DNA from: a virus
IMG/VR virus record: IMGVR_UViG_3300023174_004352
Span: 4,888-68,887 of that record
Strand: one strand, 5' to 3'
Length of the DNA: 64,000 nucleotides
Made by a program: the position numbers and the translations under genes. Under the pieces are notes generated by a model that saw nothing but the letters and a program-made list of their open reading frames with translations, made no database searches and was not told the origin of the DNA. Shown piece after piece: positions 29,925 through 40,868 of this stretch; the stretch's first letter is position 1; each line of letters begins with the position of its first letter.

Positions 29925-30897
29925 TTAGATTGGCTTCTGGAACGCACCAACAGGATAACGATTTACATAGCGTAGGTTGAATAGTTGGATTAAACTTTTC
30001 TTTGAAGTCTGCATCATGTATGTTATACAAATAATCTAAATTAAATAACTTTTGATTACATGTGCCGGTTATATCGCCATTAGGTGTAATGAAGATGCTG
30101 TCTATTCCTAGATTACAAGACCACCCATAGAAGTTATTCCAATTGTTTAGCGATAACTCGTGGGCCGAAAGACGTTTCTTTGACCCATCTGGAAATATAG
30201 CAATGGGTTCTTTGTTAAAACTTTTCTTACGCTGCTTCCACTCTGACCAAAGATTAGGTCTACGTAGCAGTGGCTTTTTTAGAAACTCAATTTGCTCATC
30301 AGAGTAATCAGTTTTTTCTAATCGTTGTAATCTAATAGCCCATTCATACTTGCTGGTTTTTAATTTTTCAATTAGGTCCAAGCATTTATCCCAAGCAGTT
30401 GGATCCATTAAAACCTGAACTACAGTTAGTGTACCTTTTTTATAAAGTATATCTGCTACCTGAATAAAATGATCAATATCGACTTCTTTATGATGACAAC
30501 TAAGAGCAGCCTTATCTATTAGGTGTGCGTTTTCTTCCCACCACCGCAGGGTTCTAGATGCATTTGATACTAGTTGTATTATAACATCATTTTCTTTTTT
30601 AACTTCATTACAGAATTTTTCAAGAGGTGCCCACATACTAGGCTCGCCACCTGCAAGACTAAGTTCAAACTTGTTCTTGTTAGTGTGAGTTTTGTAGTAA
30701 TTGAACATTGCTGTGAAATTATCTGCTAGATTCTTCCAATCTTTCCTAAAAGGATATTGACCATCTCTGCTTCCTGGGAAGCAATAGTCGCAGGTATAGT
30801 TACATACTGTAGAAATTTGATAGGAAATTCTCAGGATGTTATGATAAGGAGTTACTAATTCAACGGGTTTTGATAAGTTCTTCAACTTCGATTCCAA
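29908..30897 (-). CDS. Radical SAM enzyme (twitch-type)
   Basis: CNYTCDYC, AGGEP, C-terminal CKSLSCWC. Confidence 0.92.
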   Translation of the reverse strand: MESKLKNLSKPVELVTPYHNILRISYQISTVCNYTCDYCFPGSRDGQYPFRKDWKNLADNFTAMFNYYKTHTNKNKFELSLAGGEPSMWAPLEKFCNEVKKENDVIIQLVSNASRTLRWWEENAHLIDKAALSCHHKEVDIDHFIQVADILYKKGTLTVVQVLMDPTAWDKCLDLIEKLKTSKYEWAIRLQRLEKTDYSDEQIEFLKKPLLRRPNLWSEWKQRKKSFNKEPIAIFPDGSKKRLSAHELSLNNWNNFYGWSCNLGIDSIFITPNGDITGTCNQKLFNLDYLYNIHDADFKEKFNPTIQPTLCKSLSCWCVPEANLTKKKI

Positions 30898-31429
30898 ATA
30901 TTGATTTAATTTTATCAGCAGTGAACGGTGTAAGTACTAGCTCAAACTCGATATTGTTGATTCTGGGATTGTCTAACCAGAAGTCGACGGCGCTGACAAT
31001 ATCTTTGAATGGCAAACCGTAGTCAGTAGATTCTGCATCTTCAGCCATTGATATGTTTAGATGCAAAATTTTAGTTTTATTCTTGTACCCTAGAGAATAT
31101 TTTTTGCAACGTGCCTTGAGATCCTTTTTTACCTTGCTGTATTCTATGTTTAGAACATCATCAAAGTCGCCTGCAATAGATCCTGAGCATATAATCTTAT
31201 CAACCTTACCTACAAGATCGTCCAAAAACATAAGTTGGCATTCACCAACACAAAGATTGTTTACAAATAGATCAGCAGTCTTGGCCGCTTCTAATATATC
31301 TAGATATTTTTCTCTAACATCATAACCAGTAGACGACGAAAAGCCAATGACTTCCCAGCCCTGTTTGACAAAATAATCATATAGAGCTTTTCCAATTCCT
31401 CTTGTGTGTCCGGTAATAACGCATCGCAT
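30860..31429 (-). CDS. Short-chain dehydrogenase/reductase
   Basis: ITGHTRGIG; S...YSKVK catalytic motif. Confidence 0.8.
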   Translation of the reverse strand: MRCVITGHTRGIGKALYDYFVKQGWEVIGFSSSTGYDVREKYLDILEAAKTADLFVNNLCVGECQLMFLDDLVGKVDKIICSGSIAGDFDDVLNIEYSKVKKDLKARCKKYSLGYKNKTKILHLNISMAEDAESTDYGLPFKDIVSAVDFWLDNPRINNIEFELVLTPFTADKIKSIFGIEVEELIKTR

Positions 31430-31452
31430 GAAATACTTAGTTAAATATCAGC

Positions 31453-32523
31453 ATGGCTTTTTATAATGTGGTGGAAGAAATAGACATTGAACACAGCTCA
31501 ATTTGTAATGCTGCTTGTCCTCAATGTACTAGAGAATTTAAACCGGGGGATTATTCCTGGTTCAACCAAACATGGTTACCTAACAGTTTCTACGAAGACT
31601 GTATTCCTCAAACAGTTTACAATAATTTGAAGAATATCTACTTCAGTGGAATGGTTGGTGATCCCTGTACGGCTCCTAATTTTATCGATGTCTGTAAAAT
31701 AATAAAAAGAAAGGCCCCACACATTTACATAACAGTAAGTACTAACGGTGGAATGAAAACGCCTAAGTTTTGGACAGAGCTAGCTGAAGTATTTGGTACT
31801 ATGGGCACAGTAAAATTTGCCATAGACGGCCTAGAAGATACTAACCACATTTACCGTGTCAATGTTAAATGGAAAAATGTGTGGGCAAACCTCAATGCCT
31901 ATCGGCAAGCAGGCGGTAAAGCTGATTGGCAATTCATTGCCTTTAAACATAATGAACATCAAATAGAAGAAGCTGAAAGTCTAGCAAAAAGTCTTGGCTT
32001 TGAAAACTTTATTCTTAAACGTAGTAACAAGTTTTTAGTTGATGACCTATTTGGCCTAACCAATAATGGCAGCAACGGAGTTAAAATAGAACATCCTACA
32101 CAAGAACAGTATGTACATCCTTTGATATTTCAAAAGGATCGTGTTAGTAGAATAAACGAAGCACTTGATATTACATCTGACAGTCCAATAAACTGTGAAG
32201 TGCGTGAAAAGAAGTCAGCATATATCAATGCAGATGGCCAATTGTTTCCGTGTGTGTATACAGCAACCTGTGTACACCTATACAAATTTAAACCTTTGCC
32301 TGATCAGTTTGCATCGTTGTGGGAACAACACGGCGGCGACAAGATCGATCTTGCTAAAAATAGTTGGGATAGCATCATTGAAGGAAACTTTTTTAATTCT
32401 ATTCAGCAAGGGTGGGAGCAATCATACAACCGTGGCAAGTTAGCTGCCTGTGGCCTATTTTGTTCTAAATCTAGTAATAGGATATTTGATCCTTGCCTAA
32501 TAACAGAGCTACCTAATGTATAA
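31453..32523 (+). CDS. Radical SAM/SPASM-twitch enzyme
   Basis: CNAACPQC, GMVGDP, STNG, LFPC, CGLFC. Confidence 0.92.
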   Translation: MAFYNVVEEIDIEHSSICNAACPQCTREFKPGDYSWFNQTWLPNSFYEDCIPQTVYNNLKNIYFSGMVGDPCTAPNFIDVCKIIKRKAPHIYITVSTNGGMKTPKFWTELAEVFGTMGTVKFAIDGLEDTNHIYRVNVKWKNVWANLNAYRQAGGKADWQFIAFKHNEHQIEEAESLAKSLGFENFILKRSNKFLVDDLFGLTNNGSNGVKIEHPTQEQYVHPLIFQKDRVSRINEALDITSDSPINCEVREKKSAYINADGQLFPCVYTATCVHLYKFKPLPDQFASLWEQHGGDKIDLAKNSWDSIIEGNFFNSIQQGWEQSYNRGKLAACGLFCSKSSNRIFDPCLITELPNV

Positions 32524-34069
32524 CGTAATACTATTTTCAGATACTCCCAGCGCAGATTGGTTCAGCCGAGGTTACGGGGCCTATCGATTGGCCACTGAGC
32601 TAAGGAACAAAGGATACTCCACCCTAGTTGTTGACTTCTGTTCGGCATTAGATAACAAGATGTTTCAAGAGATTATTGATAATGCAGTTGGCGATGATAC
32701 TCTAATGGTGGGGTTCAGTGTTACTTGGTTTCCATACAGACACAAAAATCTGCCAAACCCTAGATACGTAGTTGGATCAAAGAGTCTAAGTATCAACCCG
32801 TGGGAAGATTTTGACATAAACATTCACACATGGCATAAGGAAAGTGTCGCCTACGGGTTCAGCGGCAGTGATGTAGACTACTATGTAGACTATATCAAGT
32901 CTAAGAACAACAAAATTAAAGTTGTCGTGGGCGGTGCCAAAAGTTATGAATATGTGTTTGAGAAAAAACTAGATAACATCTTTGTTGGATACAGTGAAAA
33001 TCAAATGATGGATTATATCAATGCACTGTCTGGCAAAGGTCCTAAAAGATTGTTTAATAAAATTATCAATTACGATCCAAAGGCACAAGTCGGCGAATTT
33101 GATTTCAACAATTCATTTACTAACTATCAGGAAGAAGACTGCCTACATCCAGAAGAAATTTTAACATTTGAATTTAGTAGAGGTTGTATCTTTAACTGTA
33201 CGTTCTGTAGCTATCCTCATAGAAATCAAGATACTAGAGATTTTGTAAAGTATCAAAATGTGATAAAGAAAGAGTTGATAGACAATTATGAGAAATGGGG
33301 AGTCTATCGGTATGTGATTACTGATGATACTTTCAATGACTACACAGAAAAATTGATCCTAATTAAAGAAGTAATTGAAACACTGCCATTCAAGCCAGTG
33401 TTCTGGGCCTATATAAGATTAGATCTAATCAGCAGAAATCCCGAACAAGCACAGTTGATCAAAGACATAGGCGTTCAAGAGATATATTATGGTCTAGAGA
33501 CGTGGCACGAAGACACCGCCAAAATTATCAAGAAGGGCGGCAGTAGGGCCAAGAAGATCGAAGGTATGCGTATTGCCAAGGAGTGTTGGGGGGACGATGT
33601 GTTTGTCATGTGCGGCACAGTTATTGGACTACCACATGACACGGTAGAAAGTATTCGAGAAGCAAGCGAGTGGTATGTTGAAGAAGGTCACAAGTATATT
33701 GATCTGTTTGGGCACAGTCCTTTCGCTCTTAGAGAGTTTGGTGATGCACAAGATTATATTTTTCAGTCGGACATAGAAAAGAACATGGGCAAGTATGGAT
33801 ATTCGTTTCCTGATTCAGAAAATTATCCTCTTGCATGGATTAGAACTGGCCCGGGTGATATTACCAGCAAAGAGTTAGCCGACAAACTCATGGTAACTTA
33901 TAACACAATGATGTCCCCTCATTGGAATATTCACAGATCGTTTTGGGATTTAAAGAACTTGTTTGCTGAATTTGATATAGAACACGGTTCTAGAGTAGAC
34001 TACTTCTATAAGTTTGTATCGGAAAAATACTTTCCTAAAATGATAGCAAAGCTAAAACAAGCCAAGTAA
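32516..34069 (+). CDS. Class B (cobalamin-binding-type) radical SAM enzyme
   Basis: N-terminal Rossmann-like GAYRLATELR..VVGG; EFSRGCIFNCTFC; TDDTFN; GLET; IGLPHDT. Confidence 0.88.
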   Translation: MYNVILFSDTPSADWFSRGYGAYRLATELRNKGYSTLVVDFCSALDNKMFQEIIDNAVGDDTLMVGFSVTWFPYRHKNLPNPRYVVGSKSLSINPWEDFDINIHTWHKESVAYGFSGSDVDYYVDYIKSKNNKIKVVVGGAKSYEYVFEKKLDNIFVGYSENQMMDYINALSGKGPKRLFNKIINYDPKAQVGEFDFNNSFTNYQEEDCLHPEEILTFEFSRGCIFNCTFCSYPHRNQDTRDFVKYQNVIKKELIDNYEKWGVYRYVITDDTFNDYTEKLILIKEVIETLPFKPVFWAYIRLDLISRNPEQAQLIKDIGVQEIYYGLETWHEDTAKIIKKGGSRAKKIEGMRIAKECWGDDVFVMCGTVIGLPHDTVESIREASEWYVEEGHKYIDLFGHSPFALREFGDAQDYIFQSDIEKNMGKYGYSFPDSENYPLAWIRTGPGDITSKELADKLMVTYNTMMSPHWNIHRSFWDLKNLFAEFDIEHGSRVDYFYKFVSEKYFPKMIAKLKQAK

Positions 34070-34766
34070 GTTTTTGATGACTTTCCATACCAGGATGTGT
34101 TAGATCTCTAGCAATATCTACTGTTGGAATATCATTAGGCATAATCTCAACAATTTTTAAATGTTTAGCTTCTAGATAATTTACGGTTACTGTTCTTAGT
34201 ACATCAAAATAATGTTCCATGTATGATGTAGAAGCTACCTTCTCATACTCTTTCCACATGTCACTTGTGATATAATCGGTATTATCTGTTTTGTCACCCC
34301 AAGGTCCTATAGGAACTATTTCGTTTTTATTGTTCTTTTCAAACTTTCTGTGTGCTTGCGGCCACTGTATGACCACGGCGCTTGGAGAAATCTTTATTTC
34401 ATTAAACCATGCAGATAAGTTTTGTGCCACTAGGTCAGGTCCAAATCCATTTAATGCAAGATTGTAATAGGGAATTCCAAGGTCCTGTGACACTTTGTAT
34501 GCATAGGTATCTTCCAAGGCTAGTGCAATGCCTTCTGTTATACTGCATCCTACAAATAATATGTATCCGTCAGCTAGACGATTAGGCTCTACGGATCTAT
34601 GTCCGTAACTGTTACGAATATAAGATACTTCTTTGTCTCTATAGATCCAGTCAGCAGGCTGTGTAGCCAAGTTCTTTTTAAAGTTAGCTTCACTATCACT
34701 TCCTACCCTACTAAAGATAGCACGATGATCTGGATTTCCGTAAATGCCGTTGTGACTGTTAAACAT
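34035..34766 (-). CDS. SGNH/GDSL-like hydrolase or acyltransferase
   Basis: FVGCSITEG, YNLALNG, RDLTHPG. Confidence 0.7.
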   Translation of the reverse strand: MFNSHNGIYGNPDHRAIFSRVGSDSEANFKKNLATQPADWIYRDKEVSYIRNSYGHRSVEPNRLADGYILFVGCSITEGIALALEDTYAYKVSQDLGIPYYNLALNGFGPDLVAQNLSAWFNEIKISPSAVVIQWPQAHRKFEKNNKNEIVPIGPWGDKTDNTDYITSDMWKEYEKVASTSYMEHYFDVLRTVTVNYLEAKHLKIVEIMPNDIPTVDIARDLTHPGMESHQKLTWLVLALLSF

Positions 34767-36057
34767 AATTTTTAATAAAAGGAAATAATTCTCTATAATT
34801 TGTATTTCTTGTGCGATCGTAAAGTTCTAATACACGAGTTCTTTCTTTTACAACACTATCAAAGTCGGTGATCGGAGTCTTTAAAAATCCTTTGATCGAG
34901 TATATAGCTTCAACTAGTTCCTTGTTTTCTTTAAAAATCTTATAGTCGGCATGGCTATTCATATAATCGTTGACCATAGATACTATTGCATCCTTTTGAT
35001 CTTCCTCTAAGTACTGAATAGAAAAATAATTAGGATAAAATACAAAGCCAAAGTTGATAATAAATCTTGTGCCAATTCGTTGACTGAGCAGTTCCCATTG
35101 ATCGAATATTTCTAGAAGATCAAAAATGTTAAAGATACTCCATGTTGTTGATAACTTCTTTTCAATGTGTGTGAACTCAAGTACTTTATCAATGTTCTTT
35201 TTAAAATGATTGTAATCTGCAGGGTATCTTATAAATTTAAATTTGTCTGCATCAACATGATCATAGCTGATAGTCAGCATAGGCTGTTTAAAAGAATTTA
35301 AATGACGTAACATCTTGTCATTTACTGTGGATAAATTAGTTATGATGTTTAACATCATAGATTTAGCATAGTCTTTTTCCACGCAATATTCTAATATTCT
35401 TTCTGTAATCTTGTTGACTAACGGCTCACCACCTACTAGGCTCAGCTGAACAGCAGTTTTTAATGCAGGATCAAGATTGTTGACCAATTGCTCTACATCA
35501 ATGTTGGCTGGATTGTATTGCTCTAGGTCAATCTTTAGGTCTTTAACACGACTATTAAAAAATTTAATCAGTCCAGGCGGACTAACTCCTTCACGGTCCC
35601 ACTGATCTGCCTCGGCTTTATGCAATGAACTTGCACCAGGGTAACAGGTAATACATTTCAAATTACATAAGGTACCTATTTTAACATCAATGTCTAGGGG
35701 CAATGATGACAGTAGGTAACAATTTTCTAATGCATCCTTTACAAATTTTTTATAACTAGGATACATGGAGTGTGATTCGTCTAGTGTCTTCTGACGTTTA
35801 CTATATACTCCGTTTTCTTCTTGCTTCCAACAGGTAGCACATGCAGGATTTTTAACACCGTTCAATAGGTCCTGTCTAAGTTTAGCATAAAAGTCACTGT
35901 TCCATACACTAACTATATCATCTTCTCTCATGTTATAGGCAGTACCGTCGTACTTAGGAATCAATGTCTCTTCGCTGTAACAACAGATACGATAGTTACC
36001 GTCGTTGGTAGAACTGATATGCGTGAAGGGCAGTAGACAGAATGTTTTCTTATTCAT
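34759..36057 (-). CDS. Radical SAM enzyme with N-terminal twitch/SPASM domain
   Basis: FCLLPF..RICC..CATC; CNLKCITC; VGGEP. Confidence 0.93.
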   Translation of the reverse strand: MNKKTFCLLPFTHISSTNDGNYRICCYSEETLIPKYDGTAYNMREDDIVSVWNSDFYAKLRQDLLNGVKNPACATCWKQEENGVYSKRQKTLDESHSMYPSYKKFVKDALENCYLLSSLPLDIDVKIGTLCNLKCITCYPGASSLHKAEADQWDREGVSPPGLIKFFNSRVKDLKIDLEQYNPANIDVEQLVNNLDPALKTAVQLSLVGGEPLVNKITERILEYCVEKDYAKSMMLNIITNLSTVNDKMLRHLNSFKQPMLTISYDHVDADKFKFIRYPADYNHFKKNIDKVLEFTHIEKKLSTTWSIFNIFDLLEIFDQWELLSQRIGTRFIINFGFVFYPNYFSIQYLEEDQKDAIVSMVNDYMNSHADYKIFKENKELVEAIYSIKGFLKTPITDFDSVVKERTRVLELYDRTRNTNYRELFPFIKNYV

Positions 36058-36619
36058 ACACTGCCTTCCATATTTTTTCTAAAGCATTATCGGGCCATTG
36101 GATGTACTTATTAAATGCATGATACATTAAAGTTTTGATATCAAGTTTACCTTTAGACGATATAGAGTCAATCAATTCTGCACGATCAGCATTTAGTATA
36201 GGTCGATAAAATTCAACGTCAACAGGACATTCAATATAATCAAATGCTGTATAGAAATTAAAGGCATGTATCTGCCCGTTGGTGTCTGTATAAAAATATT
36301 TAGGGTAGAAACTAGGTTTGTAAAATTCTTCAAAATGCATATCTTTAGCAATTTGCATCAGTTGGTCTTGCCAGTTTGCGGGAAGAGCATCCTCGCAAGT
36401 ATTATCATACCATTTGAAAAATATTTTTCTATTGGCTGTATCAAAGGTGATATCTTCTGGGCACCATGCATAGTCTTGTAGACTAATGAGAAATCTACGT
36501 TCTCGTCGATAACTAGAAACAATCAAATCATCTGGATACCTAGAGTCGCTGGGATTAAAATCCATGCAAGCAACATTACCGTCTACAGTAAAATTATAAA
36601 TCGACATATAACACTTCAT
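36050..36619 (-). CDS. Protein-kinase-like fold protein (degenerate)
   Basis: RE..FL..L....WCPE (alphaC-like), WQDQL; paralog of 47855. Confidence 0.5.
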   Translation of the reverse strand: MKCYMSIYNFTVDGNVACMDFNPSDSRYPDDLIVSSYRRERRFLISLQDYAWCPEDITFDTANRKIFFKWYDNTCEDALPANWQDQLMQIAKDMHFEEFYKPSFYPKYFYTDTNGQIHAFNFYTAFDYIECPVDVEFYRPILNADRAELIDSISSKGKLDIKTLMYHAFNKYIQWPDNALEKIWKAVYE

Positions 36620-37271
36620 CTTTAAATTTTTTAATACTGCGATCTATCAATTCTTTATGTTTTACCGGATCAATAATGCCTGCTGTATTGATAATCAATC
36701 TTACTCTATCTTTCTTCTCAGCACCATGATGCACAGTATCATTATTAAATGCATAACACGGCCAACTAGGATTTAATTTTGGATAAACTCTTTCGCCTTC
36801 TTTTTCTTTACATAAGAACAAACTAGATTCTGTCGGGTTAGTGAGGTGAATAAAAAATCTACGTGGTTCTTCTATAGTCGAAGCACGATCATCAAGGTCG
36901 TCTTTGTGTGGTTCGATGTAGCCTATTTGTGTTTGTATAATAGCAACAGTAAGTTCTTCAAACGGCATGGCTTCTATAGCCGCAGCAATTTCAGGAAAGG
37001 TTTCTTTGAATCCGGGATGCCAATACTGCTTGCCTGTGTTGTGTAATTTATGTATATGCTTATCGAGTTCGACAATAGATTCACTGCTAGTCCAATCTTC
37101 GATAGGAAAACAACTAACAACAGGGCAATGTATATTCCAATTTATTTGATATTGATTATAATCAGTATCTTTGATCCTATGATCTACCACCCAATCTATA
37201 ATTTTTTGTTCGTTTGGTAACACAAGTTCAATATCTAACGGAGTGTAAAGTATTTCAGTATTCATACGCAT
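36594..37271 (-). CDS. 2OG-Fe(II) oxygenase
   Basis: PHKD...YAFNNDTVHHGA...R; paralog of 41941; start after TAAATA (37271 or 37265). Confidence 0.75.
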   Translation of the reverse strand: MRMNTEILYTPLDIELVLPNEQKIIDWVVDHRIKDTDYNQYQINWNIHCPVVSCFPIEDWTSSESIVELDKHIHKLHNTGKQYWHPGFKETFPEIAAAIEAMPFEELTVAIIQTQIGYIEPHKDDLDDRASTIEEPRRFFIHLTNPTESSLFLCKEKEGERVYPKLNPSWPCYAFNNDTVHHGAEKKDRVRLIINTAGIIDPVKHKELIDRSIKKFKDEVLYVDL

Positions 37272-37297
37272 AGTATTTAGTGGCCTATAAATACCTG

Positions 37298-37831
37298 ATG
37301 AAATATATAGGAAATTGTGCAGATGCACTAAACTGGGACATGGCTGTTAGTAAATGCCAAACAGGTCAAACTTTAACATACAATTTAAATTGTTTTCCTG
37401 ATACGGAAGGATTTAAAGAGTTAGACACAATTTGGCAGCAGGCCGGATTCAAGTATGACGACCCAGCTATCGAATGGACTAACTATTATGCTGAAGAATT
37501 TGGACAAGATATAGTTGATAAATTTTCTAGCATAGTAAATGCTACTCCGTGGATGGTGTGGATTAGTAAAATACGTCCTGCACGTATGGCGCCTTTACAT
37601 AAAGACGCACATTCTAAAATTGATGAACTTTTAAAACTAGGAACCCCTGTTAGATATACCTGCTACATACAAGATCCAACAGATGGCCATGCCAGCATTG
37701 TAGATAATATAGCAATTTATAAAGCAAAAAAAGGCGACATCTATGAATGGCCCAGTTATGATGCTTGGCATGCCGGTGGCAATGCTGGATTAAAAGACAA
37801 GTATATGTTTAACTTTTGGGGATATAAATGA
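37298..37831 (+). CDS. 2OG-Fe(II)/cupin oxygenase, tandem paralog 1
   Basis: LHKD...WHAGGN...KYMFNFWGY; TATAAATA-N4-ATG. Confidence 0.8.
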   Translation: MKYIGNCADALNWDMAVSKCQTGQTLTYNLNCFPDTEGFKELDTIWQQAGFKYDDPAIEWTNYYAEEFGQDIVDKFSSIVNATPWMVWISKIRPARMAPLHKDAHSKIDELLKLGTPVRYTCYIQDPTDGHASIVDNIAIYKAKKGDIYEWPSYDAWHAGGNAGLKDKYMFNFWGYK

Positions 37832-38340
37832 AGTATATCGGCAACTGTCAAACAATAGACTGGGATGGGCTGATCAAAACATTGAATCAAGCAGAAGGTA
37901 AAGTGTTGACATACTCTGCTAGTGGCAACAATTTAGATTTACAATGGCAACGTGCCGGATATAAGCACGGAGATCCTGCTATCGAGTGGGTGCAGTATTG
38001 GGCAGACCAGCATTTTGATAAATCTATTGCTGACCTATTTGGCGATTGGGCTGGGGCTAAACCTTTTTATACATTCGTTAGTAAAATACGTGTGGGGAAA
38101 TTTATACCTTTCCATACAGATCACATGAAGGATCAAGATTCGATTCCGGGAGATCCTGTAAGATTTAGTTGTTATATTTCTCAATCAAGATTAGGTCAGT
38201 TGAGCATGGTAGAAGATTGTGTGATTCACGGCACCGCTATAGGTGATGTATGGGAATGGCCCTCACCCTCGAGCCAGCACTCAGGTGTAAACGTAAGTGA
38301 CCAAGACAAATATATGTTTAACTTTTGGGGGTATCGATGA
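37828..38340 (+). CDS. 2OG-Fe(II)/cupin oxygenase, tandem paralog 2
   Basis: FHTD...QHSGVN...KYMFNFWGY. Confidence 0.8.
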   Translation: MKYIGNCQTIDWDGLIKTLNQAEGKVLTYSASGNNLDLQWQRAGYKHGDPAIEWVQYWADQHFDKSIADLFGDWAGAKPFYTFVSKIRVGKFIPFHTDHMKDQDSIPGDPVRFSCYISQSRLGQLSMVEDCVIHGTAIGDVWEWPSPSSQHSGVNVSDQDKYMFNFWGYR

Positions 38341-38879
38341 AATATCTAGGTAATTGTTCTAGTATCGACTGGGATAAAGTTATTGCTGACTGTCAAGCGT
38401 CGGGTGGTAACACTAATGTATTCTGGGAGAAGCTTCCTATTCACAATGAAATATTTGAGATGATTGGAAAATCTTGGAATGATGCTGGCATTAAAAATTT
38501 AGATCCTGCTATAGAGTGGAAAACTTATTACTGCGGCAAAGAATTAGATCTAAGTCTAGGAGAAGAGTTTGGCAAAGTAATAGGAGCTACTCCTTGGTAC
38601 TGCTGGATATCACATATACGCCCTGGAAAAATGATACCTTGGCACATCGACGATCGACCAACGGGGCACGGAGATTCAGCAAAACTAGGTGAAGACGTTA
38701 GAGTTGTGTGTTACATCGAACCACCAACTATGGGGCATGTTAGTATTACTGATGAAGATTGTGTCTACATGCCCAAGCGCGGTGACATGTATCAGTGGGA
38801 TAGCTATAGTTCTTGGCATGGCGGAATCAACATGGGATTCACAGACAAGTGGCAGTTTAATTTTTGGGGCTATCGATGA
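38337..38879 (+). CDS. 2OG-Fe(II)/cupin oxygenase, tandem paralog 3
   Basis: WHID...WHGGIN...KWQFNFWGY. Confidence 0.8.
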   Translation: MKYLGNCSSIDWDKVIADCQASGGNTNVFWEKLPIHNEIFEMIGKSWNDAGIKNLDPAIEWKTYYCGKELDLSLGEEFGKVIGATPWYCWISHIRPGKMIPWHIDDRPTGHGDSAKLGEDVRVVCYIEPPTMGHVSITDEDCVYMPKRGDMYQWDSYSSWHGGINMGFTDKWQFNFWGYR

Positions 38880-40042
38880 CCGAATTAAAAGAAGTACAAC
38901 TAGGTGAAGCTTCTAGAACTGTATTATCAACTAAAGGATATTGGGTAGAAACAAATATCGGAACCCACCTCGATATGTACATGGGTAACAGTGCATACTC
39001 TTGGGGATATCAAGATCAAGAATTGATAACTGCACTAACTGATGCAATGTCTATTTCATTTGTTAGAGGAAGACAAGGTGAATCATGCAACTTACTAGAT
39101 AGAGTCAACGCTCAGCTGTTGTCTTTAACTGGCATGGATAGCGTGTTATGGACAGTATCGGGTTCAGATGCGGTTGAAGCAGCATTAGAAATTTCTTTTC
39201 AATGGCATGCACAGGTTGATAGTCGATTTAAAGTACTCAGCTTTAACCCTGGATATCATGGGTGTACTTGGCTACCTAAAGCAATGCGTAACGAGAGGCA
39301 GTGGGACGAATATATTGTAGTAACTGATGCACCGTATTGGCACACATTAGGCCAACAAAAAGATGCTGAAGATCAAGCATGGAAAAAACTCATTAAACAA
39401 TTAGATGCTGACCCTAATATTGGCACAATTATTATTGAAAGTTTACCATGGCTTGCAGGTATACGCAATTGGTCAACTACATGGTGGACAAATATAAGGA
39501 CCTTATGCACTGAAAAAGGCATACTTTTGTGCATTGATGATGTTGCAGGCGGCTTTGGTAAAGTATCGGCAGGTGCAAGTCACGCAGTGTTTGGTATTGA
39601 ACCAGATATCATTGCGGTAGGGAAAGCAATTACCGGTGGCCATGTTCCGTTGAGTTGTGCATTAGCACATAAAAATTTAACAGGGGTGTTAGAGGAAAGG
39701 AGATGGTTCCATGGGCATACTTGGCAACCATATGTTCCTGGGTTAGCAGTAATTGAAAAAATATTAGAACGTGTTGATCAAAGTAAGTTTGACGAGCTTG
39801 TTGGTAAATTAGATACCTGGATAAAGCACTTAGAAAAGGATGGCCTTATAATAGGATGCCGTGGTATTGGTCTAATGAGAGAAATGTTATTGTCAAAAAC
39901 TCTATTGCCAGGTAGTCTAGATCATGTAGGCCTAGTAACTAATCAGTTATACGAAAATACTCTTGGTATTATTGTGCCACTAAATGCAGACGATACTTAT
40001 TGGCATGAGCTAAACTCTCGAGTTAGAAATCTTTTAATTTAG
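38876..40042 (+). CDS. Class III PLP aminotransferase (BioA-like)
   Basis: SGSDAVEAAL, GYHG, IDDVAGGFGK, PDIIAVGKAITGG, HGHTW. Confidence 0.9.
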   Translation: MTELKEVQLGEASRTVLSTKGYWVETNIGTHLDMYMGNSAYSWGYQDQELITALTDAMSISFVRGRQGESCNLLDRVNAQLLSLTGMDSVLWTVSGSDAVEAALEISFQWHAQVDSRFKVLSFNPGYHGCTWLPKAMRNERQWDEYIVVTDAPYWHTLGQQKDAEDQAWKKLIKQLDADPNIGTIIIESLPWLAGIRNWSTTWWTNIRTLCTEKGILLCIDDVAGGFGKVSAGASHAVFGIEPDIIAVGKAITGGHVPLSCALAHKNLTGVLEERRWFHGHTWQPYVPGLAVIEKILERVDQSKFDELVGKLDTWIKHLEKDGLIIGCRGIGLMREMLLSKTLLPGSLDHVGLVTNQLYENTLGIIVPLNADDTYWHELNSRVRNLLI

Positions 40043-40841
40043 ATTTAATTAGATCAGCTAACTGTTTATGTCCTAGAGCTGACAGATGCTCGTGTGGCAA
40101 ACATTCAAAAGATCTTATCATTAGATCTTCGTCGGCGTTTAATAATGATGTGCTTAAAATTCTGTGTAGAAGTTTGTCAAAGTTATCTTTAATAGCAGTA
40201 TCAGGATCTATATACAATTGAAATGGCTTGGTATCTTTTAGTAGTGCATACCACAGTGATCTATCATAGAAAAAATAACGATATTGAATACCAGCATTTT
40301 TTAACTTGTTAAAAAGAGATTCGAGTATCAACAAATCATTCCAAGCATTGAATCTATCAGATTCATATTTTTTATAAAAGTCTTTTATCTCAGACCCCAT
40401 TTCTCTATTTTCAAAGAAATACTCTGCATGTTCAATTGATACGCTTTTGACAGTTTCATTATATGATATAGTTTTACCATCGGCAGGTTGGGTAATTTCT
40501 ATAATGAGTTTTATAGATGGATCAATTTCTCCATTATCGAGCATGGAAATAATTTTTAAATATGTTTCTAAATTACGTTGTCCTACTGCTGAAAAGTTTT
40601 TAACTTCAGCATCTTCTAAGAATGAAGGCCATGCATGTGTCCTATTATATTTGATTCTATCCTTTAACTCTTTAGAACAATCTCTAGTATCATGGTGAAA
40701 TGCTCTCCAATATTCTTGAAGATTAGTTCTCACAGTAGCCATGACTATATCCATGTCTTTATAGTTGTCGATGTGTGCTTCTTCCCAAAGCTCTAGTCCA
40801 TGGCTAAAGCAAGATCCAAATACATATAATTTATTTTCCAT
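40023..40841 (-). CDS. SGNH-like protein
   Basis: VFGSCFSHG.E, NFSAVG, HEHLS..GH. Confidence 0.6.
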   Translation of the reverse strand: MENKLYVFGSCFSHGLELWEEAHIDNYKDMDIVMATVRTNLQEYWRAFHHDTRDCSKELKDRIKYNRTHAWPSFLEDAEVKNFSAVGQRNLETYLKIISMLDNGEIDPSIKLIIEITQPADGKTISYNETVKSVSIEHAEYFFENREMGSEIKDFYKKYESDRFNAWNDLLILESLFNKLKNAGIQYRYFFYDRSLWYALLKDTKPFQLYIDPDTAIKDNFDKLLHRILSTSLLNADEDLMIRSFECLPHEHLSALGHKQLADLIKSKLKDF

Positions 40842-40868
40842 GTTGATATTTATGGGATAAATTTATAT

